NCBI GenBank assembly: GCA_000708835.1
Contig: DF236978.1
Coordinates: 124,001 to 188,000, forward strand
Direction of reading: 5' to 3'
Length of the DNA stretch: 64,000 bases
Source of the DNA: Klebsormidium nitens
Taxonomy: Eukaryota > Plantae > Klebsormidiophyceae
Below, one piece after another: positions 1 to 13,200 of the stretch. The translations under genes and the position numbers were made by a program. Below the pieces are notes generated by a model. It made no database searches. It saw only the letters and a program-made list of their open reading frames with translations, and had not been told where the DNA came from. Positions within the stretch are counted from its first letter, which is position 1, and the number at the start of each line of letters is the position of its first letter.

Positions 1-25
1 CGATAGCGTTAACCTTCTCCTTCAG

Positions 26-3000
26 ATCGTCGAGCCTGAGGAGATTCAAAGGTTCGGCCTGGCGTTCCCTCACACGTCCCACTGCCTTGCGACCGGCGAC
101 GTGATGATCTCGTTCATGGGCGACGTCGAGGTCAGCGCGCGCTCGCGTATTCGTTCCGACTTGCGCTAAAGTTTTTGAGTCGTCTTGTAGGCTCTTCGGC
201 TATTGCTTGTTTAGGGGTCGGTTCGGGTCGCTTCCTTCTGGCTGCTACTTTTGCGTGGATGAAACGGAACAACTGCTCATCTCCTTCATCCCTTCATTAA
301 CGACCCCGATGTGCGCACGTGCCTGAGTGTACGTTTTGCTTTATGCTCTTCTTAACTTCCTTTCTATTTTCTCTTGAGCATCGAGTCCGTAGAGTCTTCT
401 TGTAGTTTCTGAGACTAACGTCTACCTGGGAAGTCGGCAAGCTGTTTGGCTTTCGTTTGAATCGCTTTTCAGTCTTGAAGGCACTGGTCGCGAAATCATT
501 TAAGAGGTCTGGCCACACAAATAGGCTCCGGCTTCTGTCACGTCGAATCGACGACCTTGTTGTGTGCTTCTTTTGTAGCGTCTGTGCGCGCTGTTTAGCA
601 CCATCGACAGAAGAATCTGGAAAGCGTTTCCCCGTCACCCTAAACTGTCCTTCCGCAAAGCGCTGTAGTCAGGCATCCCGCGCAGGGCGCTGTATTGGGA
701 ACGTAAGCTCAGTCAGGACACCCTTGGCAATCTATCTATTTCTTATGACGGAATTGACGTACGAAAACTCTCTTTGATGTGCAGCAAACGATCTAAATGG
801 TGTCAGCATGCGTGCAGGGCAACTCGAAGGGCTCAGGATTCTTGCTCCTCGACAGCAACTTCAAGCCCAAGGGGCGCTGGGAGGCGACAGATAAGGACTC
901 CCCGCCTTTCGGATACGACTTCTGGTGAGGCCCATCGCTTATGGTCAGCTGTGATCAATCTGCCTTTCATAGAGACGCATCTTCTCAATGGTGATGATTC
1001 GTTGTTTTCCAGAGTACGGTGCAGCCGAGCCTACGAGAAAGCTGGTGACATCATCGGACAGCTTTCAGTGCCCTATGTTGAACGTGACCTTGACAACGCG
1101 CATTCCGACTCGTCACTAGCTTCGTCATTACTAGCTTTGGAATCGATGCTGTCAATTGAACGAGTATTTGAAAACCTGATAACCCGTTATCAGGTGATTC
1201 TCGGCAGTAGTGATTTGATTTCATCGATGCGTCGAAAAGTTGGGGAGGGGCCTGTCAGGATTTCCCTGGATTTCAATCCGAGATCGAGGATGTACAACAC
1301 AATGATCAGTCAATCAATCAATCAATCAACCGTCCGATGTCAACGATTATTACCTTGAGACGTCGAAACTCGGATCCCTTTGAATGACGGCCGTATAGTG
1401 GAAGGCGATCAAGTCAAGTCCAAACACTCTTCGATTTAATGGATCGATTTCGGGGGAGACTTTTCCGGGGCCTAGGAAGCCCAGACTCGATCTTTTTGGA
1501 ACGCGAAAGGCCTGCCTGATTGAGGTTTCTTACGCAGTCAGATACCGGTGATTCGGGTCACGTTGGAGAATCAATTGAGCGTATTCCATCTCTGCCTACC
1601 TTGCCGGAGTTGCCCTCCGTGAAATTATGTATCTCGGAATCTCCGAAATTTGGGGCAAGCAGCCCATATGCCCCCAAATACCAGTCACAGAATGCAAGTC
1701 GGACTGCGGCGTAAATCTTTCGTGATTGTTTAGGTCCGGCCTCCGTCCATCCGGCAACCTTGGACCCCTTCTTAGTTAGAAATGGTTGTTGCCGTTTCCC
1801 TGTTCTATGCATCTCGTATACTGGGCGTATGCTTTCCCCCTTCTTTCCCCAAGATCATAGTTCCAAATTCCAAGATCTACGCCCCTGATGACTAGATACC
1901 CGGGTATAAGCGGCGTCACGGCGTGCTGACCGTTTTACTGACTTGTGCATTCAGAATTTCTACCCGCAAACCCAATTGTCAGAAACATATTCCCAGAGCC
2001 CTCATTTCAAGCCCCTCAGACACCAACTTTTATGTATTGATAAGCGGCGTCACGACGTGCTGATTTGCAGCTCCTGGGGCGCTCCCAAGAACCCACCCAA
2101 AAACCCCAGCCGAAACCCTGACCCTAACCCCAACCCTAGCTCTAACCCTGGTTTTTTACCCCCAGGTATCAGCCCCGTCACAACGCGCTGATCAGCAGCT
2201 CCTGAGGTGCGTTCAAAAAATCCCAAAAACTTTAGTCCATCCCCTGAACCCTAGCGCTAACCCTGGTCCTAACCCTAACCCTTGTTCTCCACCCCCCAGG
2301 TACCAGCCTCGTCACAACGTGCTGATCAGCAGCTCATGGGGCGCGCCCAAGGCCTTCACCAAGGGCTTCAACCCGGCCCACGTGGGCGAGGGCCTGTACG
2401 GACAGGAACTTTACGTGTACGACTGGACGCACCGGACGCTCAAGCAGAAGCTGGACCTCGGGGGAACGGGGCTCATTCCGCTCGAGGTGAGGACACGTCC
2501 CCCAACTCAGGGGGAGACTGAGCTCGGTTTTCTGATCACAAGGATACGTGGCAGTTTAGGAAGGACGCTCAGGCGGAAGGTGGACCTCGGGGCAACGGGG
2601 TTCATTCTGCTCGAGGTGAGGACACGTGTCCAGGTCCAGGCGTGGTGTTGAGGCGGTTTTTAGGAAGCTGGGTTAGGTGCTGCTTTTGGCGGAACGGTCA
2701 AGCAGAAGCAGGACCTTGGGGGGACGGGGCTGATTTTACTTCAGGTGAGGACACTGGTCAAGGTCTGGGGGTGGTGTTGAGTGGGCTTTCGGAAGCTGGG
2801 ATAGGCACCGGTTTGGCGGGACGCCGAACAGAAGCTGAACTTCGAGGGAACGGGGCAGTTTTTTTGAGGTGAGGAGACGTGTCCAGGTCTTGGGGTTGTG
2901 TTAAGCGGGTTTAAGGAAGCTGGGTTAGGCGCTGGTTTCTGCTCAAGCAGATGCTGGAAGTGGGGGGAATGGGGCTCATCCCGCTCGAGGTGAGGACACG

Positions 3001-6000
3001 TGTCCAGATTTAGGCGTGGTGGTTGAGCGGGGTTTAGGAAGCTGGGTTAGGCGCTGGTTTTGGCTTAAAGCTGGACCACGGGGGAACGGGGCTGACGTGT
3101 CTAAATCAGGGGGAAGGAGCCCGGTTTGGAGAGCTGGGTTAGGCGCCGAATTGGCAGGACGGTTGTTTGAAGGCGGGACTTTGGGCTGGTCCCGATTAGG
3201 TGAGAAAGTGTTTTCAGGGTTAGGGTGCCGTTCATGTGGAGTTAGGGAGATTGTGTTTTCATGGACATTGTGTTTTCAGACGACGTATCAGCACCCAGGC
3301 TCAAGCAGTAAGGGTCAGCATTGAAGAGCAGTGATTTCGGGGGCTAGTCCAGCAGATAAAAGATCCACAAACCAAGCAATCCTAAAGCTTGTTGAGATGG
3401 TTGATTTGGCGTCAATCCAAAAACGGGTGCGTGTGTGTCTGGGCCCGCCTTGTGCTCAAAGCCGGTTTTGTATTGAATAAGTATGTTGAAAAAGTAGGCA
3501 TTTGGCAGGAACGAACAGCAATCGGGCGTGCGTGGTTTTCGGCTTTGCTCCGCGCATTTTGCAGTTGGTCGTAAAGGAAATCATACGGCGATCTAAGCAA
3601 CTTTTCCTCGCGGAAGACGAACCTTACTGGCGCCCTCGTAAGTACTCGGGAAGTTTGTGGGACCGAAAGCGGCTTGGTTAACGAGGTATCGAGTTTGAAC
3701 TTACCCTTGACGACGACTTTTTCGGTTTGCAGATTCGCTTCTTGCACGAGCCCAACCGGTCCGAGGGCTACGTGGCATCCGCTCTGAGCAGCACGCTTGT
3801 CCGCTTCTTCAAGAAGGAGGACGACACGTGGGACACCCAGGTGGGAATGGGCCCCTCTGAGCGCTTTCACCTCAAAGCCATTGTAGCTTTGCACATTGTT
3901 TCAGTTGAGCGCACCCCGTGCTTTCAATCTGGACGGGGCTGTCGATCTCCCCTTCTTCAAAGGCTGTCACCTCTGTGAGCATCCAAAGGGGCCCCTGAGC
4001 ATAAGAACAGTGACCTTAATGGACGGATGCAAAACCGTGCAGAAACCGGATTCTCAGAAGTGTTTGGGAAGGTCTGTTGGCTTAGCAGGCACCGCAGCGG
4101 AGTTTCGTTGCGGGGCACACTGTCCGATGCAAACCTTTTCGATTTTTGCAGCTTCTGCTTGGATTCACCTTTTTATCGAGATACTGAAGTTGAGTGCTTG
4201 TCCGGTCACGCGATTCAGTACAACGCGACGAGCGGACGTCACTCCCACAGCTCGATCGCTTAACCCAACCTCGCCATAAGAAGTCTTACGAAGTTTTCGA
4301 ACAAATAATTCGGCCTGTTATGATGGCAAGTTGCTGCCGAAAAGAACATTGCGGCTCTTCGAAGCGTAAGTAATGCTTTCACGCCTTTTCCAGGTGGCCG
4401 TTACTGTTCCGCCGAAGACGGTGGAGGGCTGGGCGCTGCCTCACATGCCGGGCCTGATCACTGACTACGTCATCTCGCTGGACGACAAGTACGTCTACTT
4501 CAGCAACTGGCTGCACGGGGATATCCGCCAGGTGCGCGCGCAAGAGGAGAAAGGCTTTCACTTCATAAAGAGATTGTCAGAAGGGGGTCGAAAAACCTCA
4601 GAAACATTTCGGCCCCGAGAACGTCGACACTGTTGTAAAAGTTAACCTGGCAGATTTCAGGGGCGAAACCTCGCGCTAAGAATCTTTTGACCAACCTTTG
4701 ATGAGAACTGCCGGGTCATACCCCTAAACCCCGCCATGTCATCTCTTCCAACAGGATCCCCGGCTTCGGCCTCAAAAGTGCTGAATTCCCTCGACCCCGC
4801 TCTGTCTGTGCTGATTCAGATTCGTTCGACTTTGGACGCTGACGTTGACGTGCGAAGGGCGCTTTCAAGCATAAACAACGGATTTATTTCATGCTTTGAC
4901 CGCGGCTGTCCTGGGGCATGAGCGGAGGTTGTCGTATCTGGCATAGCGTCCGCAGTCCTTCCTTCAGTCGCTCTTCTGGCTTCGAGGGCGTCGGAATCGG
5001 TTGTTGGATTTCCTGAGCGTCCTGCGTGCAGTGGACGCCTCCGATTTCTTTCTGCTGAACGGTGATCTGGTTCGACTACAGTAGTAGGCGATTCAATTGC
5101 TTGACTGCAGCGAGACTGCATGAGTCCATTCACTCTCGGTCCAGAGTTGCGGGACCGCTCTTCTTAGCAGTGCGTGTTTGTCGCGCGTCTGTTTCCGGTC
5201 CCTTGGCAAACGAAACTCTGCTCCATTTTTTGTTCACAGTGACTTTAGCAGCCAGCACTTGCACCCAAGCTGACATTACAACCTCTTCTGTGCCGACGCA
5301 GTATGACATCAGCGACACGGCGAACCCCAAGCTAGTGGGCCAGGTGTTTGTTGGGGGGTCTATTGCCAAGGGCGGGCCAGTCAAGGTGGTTGGGGAAGAG
5401 CAGCCCACCGTGCCAACCGTTAAGGTAAACATCTGGCCTCAGCTTTTCGTGCCAATTGTCTGAATGTTTTTTGGATACTGATTTATTGTTGAGAAATGGA
5501 ATTCTTCAGGGAAGGTCAGAATGCTGCCCGCTAACCAGGGTTTGCAACACTCCTAGTGTGACGGGGGATTGGCAGGAGGAGACCACCGATGACATGAAGA
5601 AAGCGTTTTTGAGGAGGCCATGTTCATCTTTTTCGTGGAAGACTCACCCCAAGAGGATCACGCGGAATTCAACTCAGTGCTCGCTCGACAGGCGACAAGC
5701 AAGGACCCGAGTCGCCCAACACTTCGCGGCGGCCAGAATCCCGTTTCTCCTTCTTCTGCTTTCCCGTCCCCACCCTCCCCTTCAGCGGGAAACCCTGCCA
5801 CACATACTGACGTCATTGCTTTCGTCACAGGGCCACACGCTGCGCGGTGGCCCGCAGATGATCCAGCTGAGCCTGGACGGGTCGCGGCTGTACGTCACCA
5901 ACTCGCTTTTCAGCAGCTGGGACAACCAGTTCTACCCGGACCTCGTCTCGGGGGGTTCGCATATCCTCAAGGTAACGCTTCGCACTGAATGACCTTGCTG

Positions 6001-6462
6001 CGTTACTTCGTTGAGCAAAGGTTCTGTGTGCGGAGGTTTACAGCCATAATAGTCTCTTTCACAACCGGTATCACGCGTCATTGCATGTGAGAAGGATTCC
6101 AGGGGGGTTCCAAATACTTGACAGACCCTGTTTCACTATTTCTGTGACTTTGCGTTTTCTGTTGGTCCCGATCTAACAACCCGTTGACAACCCATTCTGC
6201 TCCAAAACCAATTTGCAACTGCTGTTGGTTTGTCAAAACCCCTCCACAGATCTGCAGAATGCGTTCCGCAATTGCTGAGGACACGCTTCTAGGGAATCAT
6301 TCACGTGTCGTATTCTTGCAGATCAACGTGGACAAGGAGAAGGGCGGGCTCACTATCGACCCCGACTTCTTCGTCGATTTTGGCACCGAGCCTGAGGGCC
6401 CCGCCCTGGCGCACGAAGTGAGATACCCCGGGGGCGACTGCACCTCTGACATCTGGACTTGA
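26..6462 (+). CDS. SBP1: Selenium-binding protein / methanethiol oxidase (SBP56 family), 5' part outside the window
   Basis: GT-AG exons 26-130, 818-924, 2300-2486, 3733-3840, 4394-4531, 5302-5424, 5831-5971 and 6322-6462 join in phase. Family motifs: [80 protein letters not shown]. Confidence 0.97.
1310..1329 (+). repeat. (TCAA)5 microsatellite in SBP intron
   Basis: tcaatcaatcaatcaatcaa read directly. Confidence 0.9.
1900..2299 (+). repeat. Three degenerate ~130-140 bp tandem copies of the SBP acceptor plus exon 5' end
   Basis: The true start cccag|GTACCAGCCTCGTCACAACGTGCTGATCAGCAGCTCATGG is echoed at 2161 (cccag|GTATCAGCCCCGTCACAACGCGCTGATCAGCAGCTCCTGA), at ~2040 and at ~1902. The spacers contain CCCTAA-like motifs. 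Confidence 0.92.
2487..3110 (+). repeat. ~121-129 bp tandem array of the SBP exon 3' end plus donor
   Basis: GAG/CAG|gtgagg(a/ag)cacgt donors recur at 2487 (true), 2616, 2745, 2869 and 2990. Each is preceded by a degenerate AAGCAGAAGCTGGACCTCGGGGGAACGGGG. A decayed fifth copy lies at ~3060-3110. Confidence 0.93.
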
Positions 6463-9400
6463 AGCTGCCCGGGACGCTAGAACCGGGTCTGCGGTTGAAC
6501 AGGTCGTGCGCCCGACCATAGGCTTCGCTTGGGGAAGCTCGGGTGGAGTTAATGCAGTGCGCTAAAGTCGAATGAAGCAGCAGTTGCGGGAAAATCTTTG
6601 TCAAAACGTTTTATATGTACAGAGAAACTTATATATATGTAGATTGCTAGTGCGTAGATAAGGTTCGAGTCCGTTGTCAGATCGGGATCAGGATGTGTAG
6701 CGCAGCGCCGAAGAGCCCATATGTCCTTTACAGTCGTTGACGAGACGCGTGCTGAGAGTGTCCTTACTGAGGTTGTCAAGTCCGGCCGCCGGGCCCGGCG
6801 GCTCTTAGAGCCCGGTCCCCATCGCCGCTCTTTCAGAGTAGTACCGAGGGAGAATGAGGCTGAGAACAAAAGCTTTGAGAAGGATCCATTTGAGTCACCT
6901 AGAATACCGGTTTTGAATCTTGTGGTTTAATGCGACCTTAAGGTCATCATGAACGCAACCGTCGTGCACTGTTGAAGCCTCCAGTCGGATCCTGTGCGCG
7001 AACGGTCACTCCCATGCAGGTCAGAGTCCTGACATATACGTGGCATGGTCAACCACTCTTGCCTGTCCCGGAATTGCAGCCTCGATATATCGTGCGCTTG
7101 CATGGCAATGCTCAGGCTGCGCGTCATTGCGCATAAGCCAGGCTCACAGCCTCTCCTGTGCTCCCAAAGTGAATCTGCGCGATAATCATCAAATTGATAA
7201 ATACTGAGCCGATTGCGTCATAAATATGCGGCTGGCTACAACAGACCATAAAACCTACTAAGTGCATGCACGTACGTGCATAACTGCTCCGAGGTTCCAA
7301 CATAACCGGTCTACTTCATATATATAGCGGCTCACTTCAATTCTTGCAATACTTGAAGTGTTGGTACATACGTACGTCGTGTTGCATGGATTCCACGCGA
7401 GCGAGAAACCTGACTCAGAAACATGACTCAGAAAATTTGATTATTGTAAACATGCTCTAGCATACGTCAAAAGTCGACGCTAGCTAGCCCGTAATGCATC
7501 TTGCATTGAATGCACGTCGGAACTGCATGATCAAAGGTTGGGTACACTGGTTGCACCCAAGACCAATACATCTTCTCAATCAGTAAATCAGCATTAGGTA
7601 TCACGTACAAAACATGCCACAGCATCAACAAGAAACTCGGTGAGGAAGATTGAAAGGTCGGAATTAGTCACGAACGTCTAAGTACAAACAGCAAGCTCAA
7701 AAGAGACAGAAGAAGCAAGTATGGGAGAGCCGGCAGAGTCGCGGCACTCGGTGGCGGTGGAGGAGGGGGTGCGGCCAAAACGAAGGGGTTCCCTGCCAGC
7801 GTCACGTTGCCGGAGAAGCTCGTCTGTACGCCGCAGTCCACGGGTCCAGAGCCATCTGCGCGAGGGGCGTTTCATTATTTGCGGCCTTGGACTCTTGCTT
7901 GTAAAGTTACATGTATGCTAACTCGGTGTACTGTCACCTTGTGGGAGACTTTTTTCTTTTGCACTCTGCACCTTAGGAGAGCAATGTTTGATAGCCCTGC
8001 ATAATCGAGCTCTCGAGATCACAAGAGAGACTATCGGCCGGCAGTGCAGCGTTTCAGAGGGTCGACTAGTAGATACTCACCCCTGTTATAGAAGACTGCG
8101 TTGCATCCGTTGCAGTAGTCCGAGATGCAAATCGCGTTTGGCCGGGCCAGGCAGAAGAGCACGGTACAGGGATTTGGCTGCAAAGGGAGGAGCCCGTTAG
8201 CAACCTGTAGCGTCAATTCAACCGCGAAGAAGTTGAGCTTGATCAGCTTCCAACAGCTCTATCTGAAGCCTCCGTTCAAGATATACGATTGCAATGAAAT
8301 TTCGGGGGCCAGGTCCGTTTGAGGTGATCGAAAGCAGAAAGTCAAATGGGAACTGGGTGTCTCATCAGGATGCGGGTCCGGGTACTGTAAGATTGTACTA
8401 ATAGGCACCTGGATCTGCAGTGGATGGAAGGCATATTCGCCGCATGATTTCCGACTTTCGAAAGCTTTGACTGAATGCTTCATTTAACTGAAATGTTATT
8501 AAACATGTCATTTAACATGTGTGATCAGAGAAAGAGTTACCGGTAAGACAATCAATCCTCCAATCTCCAAATAGTCGAAGGACATTTTCGTCACCCTGGC
8601 AAGGCTTGATAATTGGGTTGCACTTGACCCGTTGACAAGGAGTTCGCTAGGAGGTGAGATCCTTACTACGCATGTGAGTGGCAAGGAGTTGTCCGAGCAG
8701 TTGCAGCTGACGGTTGTTGCAGGGGCTGGGAGCGCGGCCTTTTGGATGTTGTAGGATGGACGGCACTCATTGCAGGGGTCGGGGTTGCACTGTGAATAAC
8801 ATACCGATGCTGATCAGAAACGATATGACCCTAAGATGTCAAACTGAGTGCTTATGTCAAGCAACCGGCTGGACAGAATTTCCACGATCTCTTACATGCT
8901 CACCATCTTGATTGTGGACATTGGCTCAAGGCTAACAAAAGACTCGAGAACATGAAGTCCTGTTGTCTGCGGTTGTGCTCTGGAATCAGCAGGCTTGAGC
9001 GTCCAGCCGCAAAGCTGACAATTTGCAGTAGTTGCCACCACCAGCCATGCAGCAAGCGGTTGCCTTCAAACCGAAAATTTAGAGTTGATCAAACGACAAA
9101 CCTGAGCTGTGGGAAATCGAGGACAAAGTGGCGCGCTGCACTCCTGGCCGGTACAACTCATGGCCGCTGTTGATCCATCTAGACAGGTCTCCACTGCCAG
9201 CACAGGACTGAGACTCAAGTAATCTGCAAGAACGTTGAACACTATCTTTGTCACGTACAAGACTTAGCTAGGCCTTCAAACTAAGCAACTGGATCCATTC
9301 CAATTTAGAGTTGGAACAGTGTGCGCATACCAAAAGCTGGGAAATACAAGATGAAGCACTCCAGCATTTGATGCGTTGCAATGAAATATACTTGCCTGGG

Positions 9401-10299
9401 ATCAAGAAAATTGTCAGAAGCAAAGCTGTGCAGGTTGTATGCAAAGTTGCCATCTTCAGTTCGCTATATTGAAAGTCGGAAAGCGATCACATGTACAGCT
9501 CTCTTTGTAACGCCGGTCGCAATACTTTCGTTCGCTCCGAGAAAAGGCGAGCACAACCCTCTTTTCCGCTACTGATGCAAAATGAACCGAGCACAACTCT
9601 TCTGCGAGTGCCACAACTCCTTCACTTGGTGTTATCTATGCGGAGGCGCTGCTCGAGTTATCGGTGAGATGTAAGAGCCCCTACAGAGCGCAAACTAGCA
9701 CTTCTTTATCCACCGTACGTTTTCCTTGAGTTGTCTTCTGCTATCTTTTTCTTGTCAGAGCTCAGAGGCGGAAACGCTGCAGCATGCATTTGCATTCCCA
9801 GCAGGCCGCCAGCTCGTTGCCTCTATAAATCTTCCAAAGCCTTTTGGCAAGGTGAAGCCCATCAAGGCGGATGCAAATGGATGCAAAGGGGAAATTTCTT
9901 TCCACAATTATATCTTCTTAGGATCTCAATATGTCCGGGAATCACCACCAATACCGTTGTGTAAGAGCTGGGTTTGCTTCAAATGCTCAGTGATCAGAAT
10001 GCCAGCGAGGCAAATTGCAATGGCTCCCAACCGCTGAAGCAAGATCTCATGCGCGCATATCTTTCGCCTGACAATTCAGGACCGTCGATTTTGAGGTTAA
10101 AGGCAGGGTTTAAGAAAACCCTTTACTCAAGTTACCCAAACAACTGAGGAGTGAGCAGCTGAGCGTCTCGTGTGGTGCAGCTCAGTACTGAGATCTTGTT
10201 GAAGTGCAGCTTTGCTCATTGGCCGGGTCTCTACTTTCTCATTGCCATTTTTCATACAGCAAGCAGCCAGGCACCTTCTGAAGGACGAAGAGTCGAGAA

Positions 10300-13200
10300 A
10301 TGGAACAAGCCGACAGTGTCCGCTATGGGGTGGTGGGAACAGGGATGATGGGAGTTGAGCACTTACGGAACTTGGCGGCAATCCCAGCAGCCACAGTGGC
10401 GGCAATTGCGGATCCTCATGGTCCCTCCCAGGATCAAGCAAGGGCGGAGGTTCAGAAGGGCTGGCCATCGCAGACAGAGTTGGAGGTATGTTCCCCTGGC
10501 ATTCCCAAAATTGAAGAACGGGTTGCTGGAGGATGGCCGCCACCCTCTGAATGGCAGAGTGGCATTGAACCATTTGAAAGTATTGGTCGATCTACGGCTT
10601 CTTCAGCTGAATGCCAATGTACGACGCAAGACTCTATCTGAGCTGTCTTGAATTCTGGACTTGAAGCAGAGAAAGAGACTTACAGATGAGCACTATGTTG
10701 ATGGCGCAAGCTTTGACGCTAGATATGTACTCTGCTCGCAAGCTTCTTGCAGCGCCTTGGTGTGTGCATCACCTCAGGTTTTGCGCTTGATGCCAGGGTG
10801 GTGTTGATAGCGACACCGGGACTAGCAAGTTGCACAACCTGTCCGCATCGCACTTCAAAGTAAAAGCAGTTCGCAGAGGCTGACTTGCTGCTTGCAAATC
10901 CGGAAGACCCTCAAGAAATTGCTGGTCCAGGCTTCATGTGCTTGTCAGGTACACCGCCTTCACGCGGGCCCTTCATTTATGAAATGGTCGGATGTGCATC
11001 TCAGAAATCTTGCGATTTGCCCCCCATTTGAGCACATGTTCCAATCTTGGTTCCCACTATGAAGGCGGGATCAGTTCATTTACTGACCCCCCCCCAAATT
11101 CTAACCCACTGCAGGTTTTTCCAGACCACAAAAGCCTCCTTGCCAGCAGTCTCTGTGACGCCCTCCTCATCTCCTCCCCCAACTTCACGCACGCACAGAT
11201 CCTGCTAGACATCCTGAGCCACCCAAAGCCACCCCACATCTTGGTCGAAAAACCGCTGTGCACGACTGTGGAAGACTGTAAGAAGGTTATTGAGGCGGCC
11301 CGGGCCCAGCCAGGCGTGGTCCTCCATGTTGGCTTGGAGTACAGGTACAGCACATGATCTAGCTATCAGAGCGGTGGAAGCATTATGTGGACTCCCAGCA
11401 AAGTCCTCACGAAGGTTTGAGACTTACTCTGATTCTGCTTATTTGGGATGGTGGAGCCACTGGTTGTTAGCTTAACCAACTTGGACCGTCAATTGGAGAG
11501 GAGACAGACCGGGAGGGTACCGGAGGAATCACCCAGGAGTCCACGTGCTCATTCAAATAATCAACAACATAGCCCCGACGGCTCAGGTGCCTCAACAATA
11601 TTTTCGGGTCAAGTAAGGCTGCTAGGTCACATCTCACATCTTGGTCAAAAATTTCCTGACCAAGGCTGGCTGCTGGGCTTCCTGAATTCTGTGGACAATA
11701 AGCTCAGTGGACGGAATGTGTTCAACCTCGTCACAAATCTTAACCAAAGGTTTACGCGCTCCGCACCCAAATCCCCTAACCAACCCACCTGTCACCACAC
11801 TGTTCTCGTATCGTCTGAGCTTCTTGTTCACTGCGCCAATCGGCTCTGGATGCAGGTACATGCCCCCGGTGGCAAGGCTTATAAAAGAAGTAAAGGAAGG
11901 GGCAGTGGGGAGGATCTGTATGGTAGCCATCAGGGAGCATCGGTTCCCGTTTCTGGTCAAGGTGCGCCTTCAGCAACTCGAATTTGTTTGACATTGAGTA
12001 CGTGAAACGTACGTCAGCTGCAGCTATGCTTTGAGCAGCTTTTGCTGTAAGATGGTTTCCTTGGATCCTCTTGCGAGCCTTCAGAAGTTCGTCCGGAGAC
12101 CGAAAACGGAATGCTACTTGCCTTTCTGGAACACATTCGTCTCCACTTGAGTAAGGGCCAGACGTCGCTTTGGCAGCAAGCAAGAGGATGGACAGGCTAC
12201 CGGATCCGATCGTCCTGGTTTTCCTTTCAGACAAGGAGCAGAATTTTCAGAGAGCCCAAAAGTACTTGAATTTCAGTACTTTGGGACTTGAGACTCCATT
12301 TGAGTAATAATGGCTACGAATCTTTGATAAACGAGCGGGGCTTGGTTGCAGGTCGGCAACTGGAACCGCTTCAACAGGAACACTGGCGGCACCCTCGTCG
12401 AAAAGTGTTGCCACTTCTTCGACCTGATGACGCTCATCATTGGCAGCAAGCCGACGCGAGTGATGGCGTCAGGGGGCCAGAGCGTCAACCACTTGGACGA
12501 GAAGTATGACGGGGAGGTGAGGTCAGCGCCGGGATGTGCGGCCTGTCTGGCTGAGGATGCCAGTGGTAAATTTTGTTAAGGTTAAGGCAGGGAGGTGCGT
12601 TTCAAGGCGTTCTGACGCAGACACGTGGGATAATGTGTATGTCGCGGATCACGATTCTGACCCGTGCACAATCGAAGCTGGAGCCCGTTCAATGTGTTGT
12701 CGGAAGAACACGTCGAGGTTGAAGGGTTATTATCCCGACCCGCCACCTTACATATCGACTGCGACGGAACGGCTGGTGAACACTAGATATTCAGACGTGA
12801 CCCAGGTGTCAAGCTCCCCCTTCCCTAAGCAGAGGATCTTGAACCGTTAAGCACCCTTTTTGATGAAAAAAGGCTGGACACCTGAAAGCACCGCTCGGCT
12901 CTTCAGCTTTCAGGTTCTCCTTTATGCCGGACGTGACCTATCGTGGCAAAAGTGCAGCCGCACTTTACTTGTTTGAGAGGGCTTCCAATGCCTTAACAAG
13001 AAAGCTCTTTTCAAAATTGATGAAAAGTCGTTTCCTGCTCACTGAGTAGACAATCCCAATTGCAGTGGGCTGCTGGTTATAATTCTGTCACCGCCCTCCC
13101 CGCAGACGCCCGATATTCTGGACAATGCTTACGTCATCGTGGAGTACGCCAATGGGGCGCGGGGCCTTCTCGACCTGTGCATGTTCGCCGAGGGCAGCCG

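Noticed and set aside
774-1358. 194-aa ORF in SBP intron
   Set aside because: It overlaps the real exon 818-924 in another frame and has no recognisable domain.
2487-3110. CRISPR-like or transposon interpretation of the ~125-bp arrays
   Set aside because: The units are degenerate copies of host exon and splice-site sequence, with no unique spacers, cas genes, TIRs or TSDs.
6655-6680. GGTTCGAGTCC resembling a tRNA T-loop / B-box
   Set aside because: The T-stem does not pair, and there is no acceptor or D arm, so it is not a tRNA.
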